Translations under genes and position numbers: made by a program | Origin: Gemmatimonadaceae bacterium | GTDB lineage: Bacteria; Gemmatimonadota; Gemmatimonadetes; Gemmatimonadales; Gemmatimonadaceae | NCBI GenBank assembly: GCA_035273185.1 | Contig: DATEPM010000180.1 | Location: 105 to 64,104, forward strand | Direction of reading: 5' to 3' | DNA length: 64,000 nucleotides | Notes under the pieces: model-generated | What the model was told of the DNA's origin: nothing | What the model saw: the letters and a program-made list of their open reading frames with translations, nothing else | Databases searched by the model: none | Shown here: positions 17,288-35,876 of the stretch, in pieces | Layout of the letters: the number at the start of each line of letters is the position of its first letter | Numbering within the stretch: the first letter of the stretch is position 1

Positions 17288-17803
17288 TCACTTCTTCTTG
17301 AGTGATGCCGAGACCGAATCGATCATATTGAGGTAGGCATTGACCAGGGAGCCGTCGAGCCGGATCGTCCAGTTCTGGCCGGTCCGCGGCCGGAACGTCA
17401 CGACAACGCTGTCGCGATGTTGACGAAGCCATTCGTCGGCCACTCCGAGTCCGACGGTCTGTCTGGGCGAACAGACGTTATCGAACCGGCATGCGTCCGG
17501 GTCTCGCTCGTTCCCCGTCTGACGCAGGAGCTTACCATCCTGAGCGACGGCGAGGGCAAACCCGCCATGGGCGTCGACGAATGCCTGCTCCAGATACAGT
17601 CGGTGCTCACCACGTCTGGCCTCACCGATATCCACGCCGTCGCGGTTGATCCGGGTGCGCAGCCCATAAGCGACATCCGCGGCATCCCAGGCCACGATCG
17701 CGATGATGGGGGACTTGGCAACGTCGCGCACCTGGACGATAGGCGTGCCGAGCAAGGCGACGCCGATCAGCGTCGAGGCGGACAGCAGCGCGAGGATCTT
17801 CAT
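17288..17803 (-). CDS. secreted hypothetical protein
   Basis: 171-aa ORF with an N-terminal signal peptide, MKILALLSASTLIGVALLG. Confidence 0.55.
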   Translation of the reverse strand: MKILALLSASTLIGVALLGTPIVQVRDVAKSPIIAIVAWDAADVAYGLRTRINRDGVDIGEARRGEHRLYLEQAFVDAHGGFALAVAQDGKLLRQTGNERDPDACRFDNVCSPRQTVGLGVADEWLRQHRDSVVVTFRPRTGQNWTIRLDGSLVNAYLNMIDSVSASLKKK

Positions 17804-17910
17804 GTGGGAGTGTCGTTTGAGGCGAAATCGGGCTCGAGGAGCGGGATCGCGATACTCGAATATGGCACGTGGCCAGGCGATGCGCGAGCGGCAGCTGGGT
17901 GAGTTGACAC

Positions 17911-17942
17911 GAAGGGGTCCTGATCGCGATCAGGACCCCTTC
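17911..17942 (-). terminator. 32-nt perfect palindrome hairpin downstream of susD-2
   Basis: GAAGGGGTCCTGATCG/CGATCAGGACCCCTTC lies 38 nt after the stop at 17980. No U-tract. Confidence 0.5.
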
Positions 17943-17979
17943 GTCTTGTCACGTGAACCACGCGATTCGCGCGCCTGGA

Positions 17980-19335
17980 CTACGGCGATGGCAGATTGTG
18001 GTTTCCGGTGTACTCCGCCTGAGGAATCGGCCAGCACGTCTGATCGCCAAAGGTCGGCGGTGCCGGGACGGGGCTCTTGAACGTCCCCGTCTGGAAGAGA
18101 TCGACCTTGTACAGCCGGATGTACCGCCGCAGGTCGCCCAGGCGGTATCCGGCCAGGTACAGGTCGCGCGCGCGCTGCTCGCGCAGGGCGGCCATGTAGT
18201 CGGCGTCCGTCGGTGCGACCAGCGGCGTGTCTCCCCCGATCGCGCGCCGGCTGTTGAGGAACGCGAGGTTGGTCGCGTTCTGCCCCTGCGCCTCCGCCAG
18301 GATGTACCGCGCCTCGAGCTTGGACGCGAACGTGATGGACGCATCTCTGGTGAAGTCGGCGCCCGTGGCCGTGCCGTTATAGGTGCTGAACATCAGGGGA
18401 GAGTTGGGCACGATCGCGTCGCCCTGCTGGGTTTTCTCCGTGGTGGTCGGGTGCGGAATGCGGGGATCCCCGACCAGCGTCTCGTACGGTGTGTTGGTGA
18501 TGCCGACGTATTCCGCGGACGCGCCGCCGCTCGCGGCAGCGTAGAAGGGATCGTACTCGCGGGAGGTGTTGGCAGAGTGGTACACCCGGAACCCCCACGT
18601 GCTGTCGAGCGCCGGGTTGGTGGCCACCGGGGTGGCAAAGCCGATGGCGTCCGCCGCCTTGCCCAGGTCCAGCGACACCCGCGCGGCGCCGATCTGCGCG
18701 AGCGTGAGGAGCGAGTCCGCCGACCGCTTGTTGGCCGCCGACGTGGCGGCGTTCGTGCTGGCCGCGGTGGCCACCTGGATGGCGTCGTTGAAGCGGGCCA
18801 GCGCGGTACCGAAGAGCTGGTCCGGGCTCTCCGACGCGCCGCCGTTGATGGGCGCGGAGCACATCTGCTCCGCCAGCAGCGTGTACGCGTAGCCCGCATA
18901 ATCCAGCGACCGGGCCAGGCGCACGTCACGGGCGGCGGAATCCCCGAGGAACGACCGCAGCAGCGAGGCCACGGTATCGGCCATGAAGCGGGCCGACTGC
19001 AGGGGTGTGTACACGCCGCCCGCGTAGGTGCCGTTGGAGACCCCCACCGCCCGGCGGTCGATGTCGATGTTCTCGCTGAAGCCGTGGAAGTTCGCCAGCT
19101 CGTCCGTGAAGATGCCGCTGTACAACGCGGTCGACGAGAACGCCGGCTGGAACTCGCCGATTACGCCGTTGACGAGCAGGCTGATATATGCGGGATTGTC
19201 GACGTCCTGCTCCTGGATGGCGCCGGGATTCTTCACCTGGAGGAAGTCGTTGCACGCCCCGGTGGTCATGGCCAGCAGCGCGGCCGTCGCAAGCCCGAGC
19301 GCGCGGCGCCGTGGCATTCCGTTGAACATGAGCAT
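17980..19335 (-). CDS. SusD/RagB-family lipoprotein
   Basis: ...LAMTTGACNDFLQVKNPGAIQEQDVDNPAYI. Immediately downstream of susC-2. The exact start among M1/M3/M7 is uncertain. Confidence 0.85.
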   Translation of the reverse strand: MLMFNGMPRRRALGLATAALLAMTTGACNDFLQVKNPGAIQEQDVDNPAYISLLVNGVIGEFQPAFSSTALYSGIFTDELANFHGFSENIDIDRRAVGVSNGTYAGGVYTPLQSARFMADTVASLLRSFLGDSAARDVRLARSLDYAGYAYTLLAEQMCSAPINGGASESPDQLFGTALARFNDAIQVATAASTNAATSAANKRSADSLLTLAQIGAARVSLDLGKAADAIGFATPVATNPALDSTWGFRVYHSANTSREYDPFYAAASGGASAEYVGITNTPYETLVGDPRIPHPTTTEKTQQGDAIVPNSPLMFSTYNGTATGADFTRDASITFASKLEARYILAEAQGQNATNLAFLNSRRAIGGDTPLVAPTDADYMAALREQRARDLYLAGYRLGDLRRYIRLYKVDLFQTGTFKSPVPAPPTFGDQTCWPIPQAEYTGNHNLPSP

Positions 19336-19339
19336 CTCC

Positions 19340-22300
19340 TCAAAAAGTCAGGCTCAGTGACGCCGTGAGGCGGCGCGTCATGGGCATGGCATAGATGTCG
19401 CCGCGATTGAACGACCCGGTGATCGCGTTCTGGTATCCGTAGGTGTTCACCTCCGGATCCGGACCGGGATAGCTGCTCCACAGCGCCAGATTGTGCCCCG
19501 CCAGGGTGATGCTCGCCGCGCTCGCGGCGGTGCGCGCCGCCAGCGACGCCGGCAGCGTGTACGTGATGGACACATCGCGCAGCTTCACGAAATCCGCCTT
19601 GTGGATGTACACGGCGTGCGGCGCGTTGCTCACGCCGGCCTGATAGATGGGCAGCTCGCTCGCGGGGAAGTTCGGATCGTTGAGCTGCCGGCAGTTCTGC
19701 GACGACGCGCAGCGGTAGATGTCCACGCCGCGGTAGTTGTAGAAGCCGCCCTGATGGTCGAACAGCGTGTACAGGCTGAGGTTCCGGAAGAAGGTGAACG
19801 TGTTCGCCAGCGAGATCTGCCGCGTGGGCGTCGACGGCCCGATGAACTTGTTCGCCGGATCGAAGGCGGGACCGACGGTGCTGTCCCACACGATCGCGCC
19901 CTTCACGAGCACCAGTGAGCCGTCCGGATTGCGCTTTGGCACCTGCCCCCAGAACCCGCCGAGCGGATACCCCACGCGGAACTGCTGCACCGAGCCGTAC
20001 GACGCGAACGGCACGATCTCGTTGATGCTCGGGTCGCCGAAGCTCAGCAGCTTGTTGTGATTCGTGGACAGCGAGAGCCGGCCATCCCAGCCGAAGTTCT
20101 TCAGCTGCACCGGCGAGTACGTGAGCCCCAGCTCGATCCCGCTGTTGGACGTGCTGCCGATGTTCGCCTGCTGGGAGCCGCGGAAGCCCGTGGACGGGGC
20201 CACCGCCGTGGACACCAGCACGTCGTTCATGCGCTTGTTGTAGTACGTGAAGTCCGCGCCAGCCCGGCCGCTGAACAGATCGGTCTCGAACCCGACCTCG
20301 AGCTCCCGGCCGCGCTCCGGCTTCAGGTTCGGATTGCCGAAGGCGCTCGTGCGCAGCGCGGAGACGGTACCTGAACCCATCGTCGCGACGCTGATGGTGT
20401 ACGTGCGGGTGGCCGAATACGGTTCGGGAGCCCGGCCGGCCTCGCCCCATGCTGTGCGGAATTTGAAGTTGTCCGCGTGCAGCGTCTGGAACACCGACTT
20501 CAGCACCGGCTCCTCCGAGAGGATCCAGGAGAGCGACGCCTTGGGATAGTACGCGGCGTTGAAGTTCGACCCGAACGACGAGTTGTCGTCCGCGCGCAGC
20601 GCCACGGTGCCGAACAGCCGGTTCTTCCAGCCCAGCTGCTCCTGCACGTAGTAGCCGACGGAGTTGTTCTGCGAGAACGAGTTCGATGCCGAGATGGTCG
20701 TGGTCGATCCGATCAGCGTCACGTCCGGTGAGCCCAGACCGCGCCCCGTGCCGACGAGCACCTGCGACTGATTCGCGATCACCTGGCTTCCGAACGAGGT
20801 GCTCGACACGAGACTCGGCATCACGCTGTAGTCCAGCGTGCCGTTGTAGTCGAGCGTGTACAGCGTGGAGCGCGGAACCCGTTGCGCGGTCAGCCCCAGC
20901 GTGTCGCCCGTGAGCACCGGCGTGTTCGGCGGAGCGAAGAGCGTCGCCAGCCCGTTCGTCCAGTCCAGGCCAGCCGTGAGCCGGTTGTGGAACCACTGAA
21001 ACGGTTGATACGTGGCGGTCGCGCCCAGGATCATGCGTTGGGTGCTGGTCTCGTTGTCATACTGGTTCGACTGGTCTGGCGTCACCGTGAACCAGCCCTG
21101 CTGCGTCTGGCCGGGCAGCGTGCTGAAACGTCCGGGCGTCGCCCGCAGGGCACTGAACAGGAGCCCCTGCGCCGACTCGCCGTCGAGGGGAAGCCGCAAG
21201 TGTTCGTCCACGATGCCCGCGTTCACGGCCAGGTTCACCTTCTCGGTTGGCGCGAAGGAGAAGTTCGAGCGCAGCGAGCGCCGGCGGTCGTAGTTGTTGC
21301 CCAGCACCCCCTCCTCGTAGTTGTGGTCCGCCGAGACGTAGTACGAGTAGCGGTCTCCCCCGCCACGCACGTGAGCCGCGAAGCTGCGCACCGCGCCGTC
21401 ACGCACGCCGCCGGGAAGCTGGATGAGTGGATTCTGCGTCAGCAGGGTGTTCACCGCCTTGCCCTGACATCCCGGGTACAGCGGCACGGTCGCGCCGTTG
21501 CTGGTGGTGGTCGCGTCGATCCTCGCCTGGGTGCAGAGCGTCTAGTTGTCCGGCAGGGTGACCGAACCGAGGTCGTTCTTTCCGTACTCCACGCGCGCAC
21601 CCCACTGCGCCTGCTGCTGGCCGCGCGAGCCCTTCTTGGTAATGATCTGAATCACGCCGCCCGCCGCGTCGGCACCGTACAGCGTCGCGGCCGCGGGGCC
21701 CTTGATGATCTCGATGGATTCGATGTCGTCGGGATTGACCAGATCCCACGCATTGGCGCCCTGGCCGCCGCTGTTCGCGGAAAGCCCCTGCCCCGAGGGA
21801 TTGAAGTTGCCGAGCCCCGCCGTGCTCATGCGCACACCGTCGATGTAGACGACGGGCGGCGTCACACTGAGCGAGGACGCGCCGCGGATCATGATCGATG
21901 GCGCCGTGCCCGGGCTGCCCGATCCTGCCTGGATCTGCACGCCGGGGGAGCGGGCCTGCAGCACCTCCATGACGTTCGTAACGTTGGTCTTCGCCGTCAC
22001 GTCGGCGACGTCCAGCTGCGTGACCGCGTTCCCCACCGTGCGCTTCTCCACTGCGCCCGCGGTGCCCGTCACCACCACGGCCTCGAGCTGCGACGCGGCC
22101 TGGCTCAGGGAGAAGTCCGCCGTGACCGTGGCGTTCGCCGGCACGGTGACCGTCTGCGTACGGCGGGTGTATCCCAGCCGGCGCGTGGAGAGCGGGTGCG
22201 CTCCCTCCGGCACACCGGAGATCGTGTACTCGCCGTTCAGGTTGGTCACGCCGCCTAACGTCGTTCCGCCGACCGTGACCTGCACGTCGCCGAGCGGGCG

Positions 22301-22432
22301 CTGGCCCGCGGCATCCACCACACGTCCCTTGATGGTACCGGTGCCCTGCGCACGTGCGGGCGACGCAGCGGACAGCCCGAGCAGCACCGCGGTCGCGAGA
22401 CCGAGGGCCGCTCTCCACATGGATCGAGGCAT
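19340..22432 (-). pseudogene. SusC/RagA-family TonB-dependent receptor interrupted by one in-frame TAG (21544-21542)
   Basis: ORFs 21542..22432 (signal peptide, CarboxypepD_reg, plug) and 19340..21487 (barrel, ends ...SLSLTF) are in the same frame. The 54 nt between them are open (TLCTQARIDATTTSNGAT). The joined length of about 1030 aa matches the 1027-aa paralog. Confidence 0.8.
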
Positions 22433-22612
22433 TCACATCCTCCTGGAGATCACGCCGCCAGCCGCGCGCCAGTACGCGCGGGATCAGCGTGACGACATCG
22501 GCGCTCGACATGGCGCCGGAACACGGAAGAAAATCGCCAGCAGTACGCCGGCAGGAAGTGCTCAATATCCTACCGTGCGCGCATCGCCCGCGGCAAGGTG
22601 GCCAACGTGAAA

Positions 22613-22634
22613 GGGCCCCGTTGCAGCGGGGCCC
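22613..22634 (-). terminator. rho-independent-type terminator after rpoC
   Basis: On the minus strand, GGGCCCCGctgcaaCGGGGCCC is followed by TTTCAC, 46 nt after the rpoC stop. Confidence 0.55.
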
Positions 22635-22679
22635 ATTCATTTCGTGCGCGTGTTTCAGTTTCGTGTGCGTGCGAGCCGC

Positions 22680-26999
<4,320 letters not shown>

Positions 27000-27002
27000 G
27001 GA

Positions 27003-31631
<4,629 letters not shown>

Positions 31632-31887
31632 GGTTCACCCGCGCACAGGCGAAAAACGGCCAGCCCCGGCGGTCGCGCGAATTTCGCGCGCCCCCGGAGT
31701 GGCCCTGGACTGCTTCAGATTGGTGCTGCGAAAGATCGCTCTCACTAATAGCGCGTCGGTCGAAGGGAGAGAGCCGAGGGTACCACGGACCGGATTGGGC
31801 GTACCGGGACCAGCGTACCGCGTTCGGCGTGCCGATGACGCGCGGCGCTCCCCGAACCCTGTACCCTGCTCGCAGTACCCTGTTCTC

Positions 31888-32283
31888 TCACTTGACGTCG
31901 ACCTTCGCGCCCTGCTCCTCGAGCTTGGTCCTGATAGTGTTGGCCTCGTCTTTCGACACGCCCGACTTCACCGTCTGCGGCGCGCCGTCCACGAGGTCCT
32001 TGGCTTCCTTCAGGCCCAGGCCGGTGATCTCGCGCACCACCTTGATGACCTGGATCTTCTTGGCACCCGCCTCCTGGAGCACGACATCGAACTCGGTCTG
32101 CTCCTCGACGGCCGGGGCCGGGGCGCCGGCCGCACCACCCGCGCCGGGCGCGGCGGCCGACACGGGGGCGGCGATGGTGACGTTGAAGCGGCTCTTGAAG
32201 GCGTCGATCAGCTCGGCGAGCTCGAAGACGGACATGCTGCCGATGGCTTCGAGAATCTCGTCCTTGCTCAGGGTCGTTGGCAT
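31888..32283 (-). CDS. rplL: 50S ribosomal protein L7/L12
   Basis: ...[53 protein letters not shown]. Confidence 0.95.
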   Translation of the reverse strand: MPTTLSKDEILEAIGSMSVFELAELIDAFKSRFNVTIAAPVSAAAPGAGGAAGAPAPAVEEQTEFDVVLQEAGAKKIQVIKVVREITGLGLKEAKDLVDGAPQTVKSGVSKDEANTIRTKLEEQGAKVDVK

Positions 32284-32348
32284 TGTGGTAGGTCTCCTCG
32301 TAATCCCAGGCGATCCTGGGGCGTTGTGTCAGGCGTAGCGCCTGGGGA

Positions 32349-32870
32349 TTAAGCGGCGGCGCCTTCGCGCTGCGACCGCAGCGAGTCCAGCGCTCCAGCG
32401 AACATGTACAGCAGCCCGTTGAGCGCGCCCACGAAGGCGGCCATCGGGGATTGCAGCCCGGCACCCAGCTCGCTGAGCATCTGCTCGCGCGAGGGCATCG
32501 AGGCCAGCTTCTTCACCTGATCGACGCCGAGCGGACGGCCCTCGAACACGCCGCCCTTCACCGCCGGCTTCTGATCGTTCTCCTTGGCGAAATCCTGCAG
32601 CAGCTTGGCGGCCGCGACGGGATCCTTGGCGACCACGAGCCCCGTGGGCCCGCGCAGCCGCTCGCCTACGAGACCGCTCTCATTCACGGCGCGGAGCGCC
32701 AGGGTGTTCTTGATGACGACGTACTCGACGTTCGCCCGGCGCAGGCGCCGGCGCAGCTCCGTCATGCGCTTCACGTTGAGACCCGTGAAGTCGGTGTAGT
32801 AGAGCGCCGGAGCGCTCTGGATCTTCTCGCGGAGCTCGGTGACGAGCTGCTCTTTCTCGTTGCGTTTCAT
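32349..32870 (-). CDS. rplJ: 50S ribosomal protein L10
   Basis: MKRNEKEQLVTELREKIQSAPALYYTDFTGLNVKRMTELRRRLR... Confidence 0.95.
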   Translation of the reverse strand: MKRNEKEQLVTELREKIQSAPALYYTDFTGLNVKRMTELRRRLRRANVEYVVIKNTLALRAVNESGLVGERLRGPTGLVVAKDPVAAAKLLQDFAKENDQKPAVKGGVFEGRPLGVDQVKKLASMPSREQMLSELGAGLQSPMAAFVGALNGLLYMFAGALDSLRSQREGAAA

Positions 32871-32876
32871 CGCTCG

Positions 32877-33566
32877 TTACCGGTATGGAGTGGTGTCGAT
32901 GGTGACGCCCGGCCCCATGGTGCTGGAGATCGAGACGTTCTTCACGTACACGCCCTTGGCCGCGGACGGCTTGGCGCGGACAATCTGATCCATGAAGGCG
33001 CTGAAGTTGGTCTCCAGGGCGTCCAGCCCGAAGGAGACCTTGCCGATAGGGGCGTGCACGTTGCCGCCCTTGTCCACGCGGAACTCGATCTTCCCGGCCT
33101 TGGTCTCGCGTACGGCGTTGGCGACGTTCATCGTCACGGTGCCGGCCTTGGGATTAGGCATCAGCCCGCGCGGTCCGAGAATGCGTCCGAGCTGGCCGAG
33201 CTGGCCCATCTGATCGGGGGTGGCGATGAGCACATCGAAATCCAGCCAGCCGTCCTTGATGCGCTGCACGTACTCGGTGCCGACGTAGTCGGCGCCCGCG
33301 TCCTGTGCCTCGCGCGCGCGGTCGCCCGCCGCGATCACGAGCACCCGCACCGACTTGCCGGTGCCGGCGGGAAGCACGACCGTCCCGCGGACCACCTGGT
33401 CGGCGTGGCGCGGATCGACGCCGAGGCGCACCGCGACCTCGACGGTCTCGTCGAACTTGGCGTAGGCGCCCGTCTTCACGAGCTCCAGCGCCTGGCGCGG
33501 CTGATAGGTGGCGGTGATGTCGCGCTGCTTCGCGGCCGCGTTGTACTTCTTCCCGTGGCCGCGCAT
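32877..33566 (-). CDS. rplA: 50S ribosomal protein L1
   Basis: [16 protein letters not shown]...[19 protein letters not shown]...[18 protein letters not shown] 33566 overlaps the rplK stop (ATGA). The track ORF was trimmed. Confidence 0.95.
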   Translation of the reverse strand: MRGHGKKYNAAAKQRDITATYQPRQALELVKTGAYAKFDETVEVAVRLGVDPRHADQVVRGTVVLPAGTGKSVRVLVIAAGDRAREAQDAGADYVGTEYVQRIKDGWLDFDVLIATPDQMGQLGQLGRILGPRGLMPNPKAGTVTMNVANAVRETKAGKIEFRVDKGGNVHAPIGKVSFGLDALETNFSAFMDQIVRAKPSAAKGVYVKNVSISSTMGPGVTIDTTPYR

Positions 33567-33991
33567 CAGTCCACCACCTCCAAGCCCATCGAGCGGGCCG
33601 CGCCGGCCACCATGGCCATCGCGGACTCCACCGAGTCGCAGTTCAGATCCGGCATCTTGAGCTCGGCGATCTTGCGCACCTGCGCCTTCGTGACGCGCCC
33701 CACCTTGTTGCGGTTCGGCTGCCCCGACCCCTTCTCGATCCCCGCCTCCTTCTTGAGGAGCACGGCGGCGGGCGGGGTCTTCGTGATGAAGGTGAACGAC
33801 TTGTCGGAGAAGATCGTGATCTCCACCGGCAGGATGGTGCCCGCTTCCTTCTGCGTCCGGGCGTTGAACTCCTTCACGAACGACATGATGTTGATGCCCT
33901 GCGGACCGAGCGCCGTGCCCACGGGGGGCGCGGGCGTCGCCTGGCCAGCCGGGATCTGCAGCTTCACGAATCCCGTGACCTTCTTTGCCAT
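33566..33991 (-). CDS. rplK: 50S ribosomal protein L11
   Basis: [47 protein letters not shown]... Confidence 0.95.
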   Translation of the reverse strand: MAKKVTGFVKLQIPAGQATPAPPVGTALGPQGINIMSFVKEFNARTQKEAGTILPVEITIFSDKSFTFITKTPPAAVLLKKEAGIEKGSGQPNRNKVGRVTKAQVRKIAELKMPDLNCDSVESAMAMVAGAARSMGLEVVD

Positions 33992-34159
33992 AAGACCTCA
34001 CTTCTGGTTCGCCGCGTGCGCGCGCCGTGGAACCTCGCGCGCCCGAACTCCCACTGGCGTTTTACGTCAGAGTGGTCGCTGACGGATTTACGATTTATGA
34101 GCCCTGCGCGAGGATCGGGCGCGCGCGCAGCGCCGGCGTATCGAGGATGCTGCGCATCC

Positions 34160-34705
34160 TCAATACGCCTTCAACTGCAGATAGTCCAACTCCACCGACG
34201 TCGGCCGGCCGAAGAGGCTCACCGACACGCGGACCTTGCCCTTGTCCGGCATCACCTCTTCCACCGTGCCATTGAAGTCCGTGAATGGTCCCTCGGTGAT
34301 GGCCACCGCCTGGCCGATGAGGAACGGAATCTCCTCCTTCGGCACCTCCTCCTCCGCCTCCTCGGCGATGCCGAGCAGCCGATTCACCTCGTCCGGCCGC
34401 AGGGGCTGCGGCAGGCGCGCGTCGTGGCCGACGAACTTGATCACGCCCTGGATGGAGTTGATCACGTGCGCCGTCTCCTGATTCAGCGCCATCTCCACCA
34501 GCACGTAGCCGGGGTACAGCTTGCGCTCCACCGTCACCTTCTTGCCGTTCTTGATCTCCACCACTTCCTGGGTGGGCACGAGCGCCTGGCGCACGGCGCG
34601 CTCTTCCGGCACGTGTGGATCCTGCTCGATCTTCCGCTGGATGAGCGAGCGCACCTTGTTCTCGTGACCAGCCGTCGTCTGGATGGCGTACCAGCGGTGT
34701 TCCAT
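34160..34705 (-). CDS. nusG: transcription termination/antitermination factor NusG
   Basis: MEHRWYAIQTTAGHENKV...YPGYVLVEM...FLIGQAVAITEGPFTDFNGTVEEV (KOW). An alternative ATG at 34714 overlaps the secE stop. Confidence 0.92.
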   Translation of the reverse strand: MEHRWYAIQTTAGHENKVRSLIQRKIEQDPHVPEERAVRQALVPTQEVVEIKNGKKVTVERKLYPGYVLVEMALNQETAHVINSIQGVIKFVGHDARLPQPLRPDEVNRLLGIAEEAEEEVPKEEIPFLIGQAVAITEGPFTDFNGTVEEVMPDKGKVRVSVSLFGRPTSVELDYLQLKAY

Positions 34706-34713
34706 GGTGAGCA

Positions 34714-35013
34714 TCAGCGCGAGAAGAGCGAGGGAATGAGGCGCACCAGCAGCCCGCTGAGCACGGCGTCCATGAGGGTGATCAGGAGGGCGATGGCGAG
34801 CACGAAGATGATGATCGCGATGGTGGCCTGACGCACCTGGCCGCGGTCGGGCCAGGTGGTCTTGTAGCGCACCTCGTGAAAGCCGTCCTTCGTGAACTGC
34901 CAGGCATCCTTGATCGACTGCACCAGGCGCGCCCACCAGCCCAGGCTGGGCGGTGGCGCGGTGGGCGTCCCGCCACGCGGGGTGCCCTGCGAACGTGCGA
35001 CGTCGACGGCCAT
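34714..35013 (-). CDS. secE: preprotein translocase subunit SecE
   Basis: ...FHEVRYKTTWPDRGQVRQATIAIIIFVLAIALLITLMD shows the conserved KV.WP block and a single TM. Positioned between rpmG and nusG. Confidence 0.85.
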   Translation of the reverse strand: MAVDVARSQGTPRGGTPTAPPPSLGWWARLVQSIKDAWQFTKDGFHEVRYKTTWPDRGQVRQATIAIIIFVLAIALLITLMDAVLSGLLVRLIPSLFSR

Positions 35014-35014
35014 G

Positions 35015-35167
35015 TTACTTCGTTTCCTTGTGCAACTGATGCTTGTTGCAGCGCGGACAGAACTTCTTCCATTCCACGCGCTCGGGATGCACCCGCTTGT
35101 TCTTCGTGGAGAAGTAGTTCCGGTTCTTACACTCGCTGCAGGCGAGAATGATCTTTTCGCGCGGCAT
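35015..35167 (-). CDS. rpmG: 50S ribosomal protein L33 (50 aa, not in the ORF track)
   Basis: Own translation: [50 protein letters not shown]. Confidence 0.85.
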   Translation of the reverse strand: MPREKIILACSECKNRNYFSTKNKRVHPERVEWKKFCPRCNKHQLHKETK

Positions 35168-35365
35168 GGATAGTTGCCTTCGATTCCGTTGCTCAGTCCT
35201 TCGGTGCGCACCCCGGTCCGCTGAGCGACGGACCCCGGGTACGACTCAACTCGTCAATTCGTGAACGCAGCCGACAGCCCGCCACGGAGCGCCTCGCGCC
35301 GCAGCCGGCTGCCACTTCCCGCATCTCCATCCCTTTTCGCCACCACCAGCCTGCCATTCCTCGAG

Positions 35366-35438
35366 AGCTCGCGATCGGGATTGAACCGATGACCTCACCC
35401 TTACCAAGGGTGTGCTCTACCAACTGAGCTACGCGAGC
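35366..35438 (-). tRNA. tRNA-Thr (anticodon GGT)
   Basis: Minus strand GCTCGCGTAGCTCAGTTGGTAGAGCACACCCTTGGTAAGGGTGAGGTCATCGGTTCAATCCCGATCGCGAGCT folds as a cloverleaf. Anticodon loop is TTGGTAA. No encoded CCA. Confidence 0.9.
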
Positions 35439-35486
35439 ATGCGCGCGTGCAATCGACTTCCCAGCTCGTCCAGCCACCTCACCTAG

Positions 35487-35559
35487 AGCGGGAGACGGGG
35501 CTCGAACCCGCGACATCAAGCTTGGAAGGCTTGCGCTCTACCAACTGAGCTACTCCCGC
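35487..35559 (-). tRNA. tRNA-Gly (anticodon TCC)
   Basis: GCGGGAGTAGCTCAGTTGGTAGAGCGCAAGCCTTCCAAGCTTGATGTCGCGGGTTCGAGCCCCGTCTCCCGCT; anticodon loop CTTCCAA. Confidence 0.9.
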
Positions 35560-35586
35560 GAATTCCCGACCCCGCATTCGCCGGCA

Positions 35587-35669
35587 TGGTGGGGGAAGGA
35601 TTCGAACCTTCGAAGGCGTTAGCCGGCAGATTTACAGTCTGCTCCCGTTGGCCGCTTGGGTACCCCACC
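35587..35669 (-). tRNA. tRNA-Tyr (anticodon GTA), long variable arm
   Basis: GGTGGGGTACCCAAGCGGCCAACGGGAGCAGACTGTAAATCTGCCGGCTAACGCCTTCGAAGGTTCGAATCCTTCCCCCACCA; anticodon loop CTGTAAA. Confidence 0.9.
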
Positions 35670-35706
35670 GGTTTCGCATCGCCGCTCGGCACCGTCCACG
35701 CCCGAG

Positions 35707-35779
35707 AGCTGACGGTGGGAATCGAACCCACAACCGCCGGTTTACAAAACCGGTGCTCTGCCGATTGAGCTACGTCAGC
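35707..35779 (-). tRNA. tRNA-Thr (anticodon TGT)
   Basis: GCTGACGTAGCTCAATCGGCAGAGCACCGGTTTTGTAAACCGGCGGTTGTGGGTTCGATTCCCACCGTCAGCT; anticodon loop TTTGTAA. Confidence 0.9.
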
Positions 35780-35806
35780 AACGGCCGATTTTTGCGCGAG
35801 ACTTGT

Positions 35807-35835
35807 AGAATAAGCGAGCAGGAAACGAGTGTCAA
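35807..35835 (-). promoter_or_regulatory. sigma70-type promoter for the tRNA cluster (TTGACA - 17 nt - TATTCT)
   Basis: Minus strand reads TTGACActcgtttcctgctcgctTATTCT, about 25 nt upstream of tRNA-Thr(TGT). Confidence 0.5.
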
Positions 35836-35876
35836 GCCGCGCCGAGGCGCGGAGTTAGACGCCTGCACCGATCTCC

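Noticed and set aside
32877-34001. N-terminally extended track ORFs. Examples: 32877..34001, 34160..34936, 34714..35211, 41211..42113, 52039..53880, 58568..59506, 37401..38696, 47357..49510, 14252..16363, 62587..63930.
   Set aside because: The extensions overlap the upstream gene and are compositionally non-protein-like. Conserved N-termini, RBS motifs or ATGA/GTGA start-stop overlaps support the shorter coordinates given in the features.
34143-34161. 8-bp hairpin GAGGATGC tgc GCATCCTC overlapping the nusG stop codon, considered as an attenuator before rplK.
   Set aside because: The stem is short, overlaps coding sequence and has no U-tract. It cannot be distinguished from chance.
35168-35365. 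Searched for a tRNA-Trp or other small RNA between tRNA-Thr(GGT) and rpmG. Also noted an imperfect GGTCCG...CGGACC hairpin near 35205-35240.
   Set aside because: No cloverleaf or CCA-anticodon loop could be built by eye. The hairpin has only 6 contiguous pairs. A covariance-model scan would be needed before calling anything.
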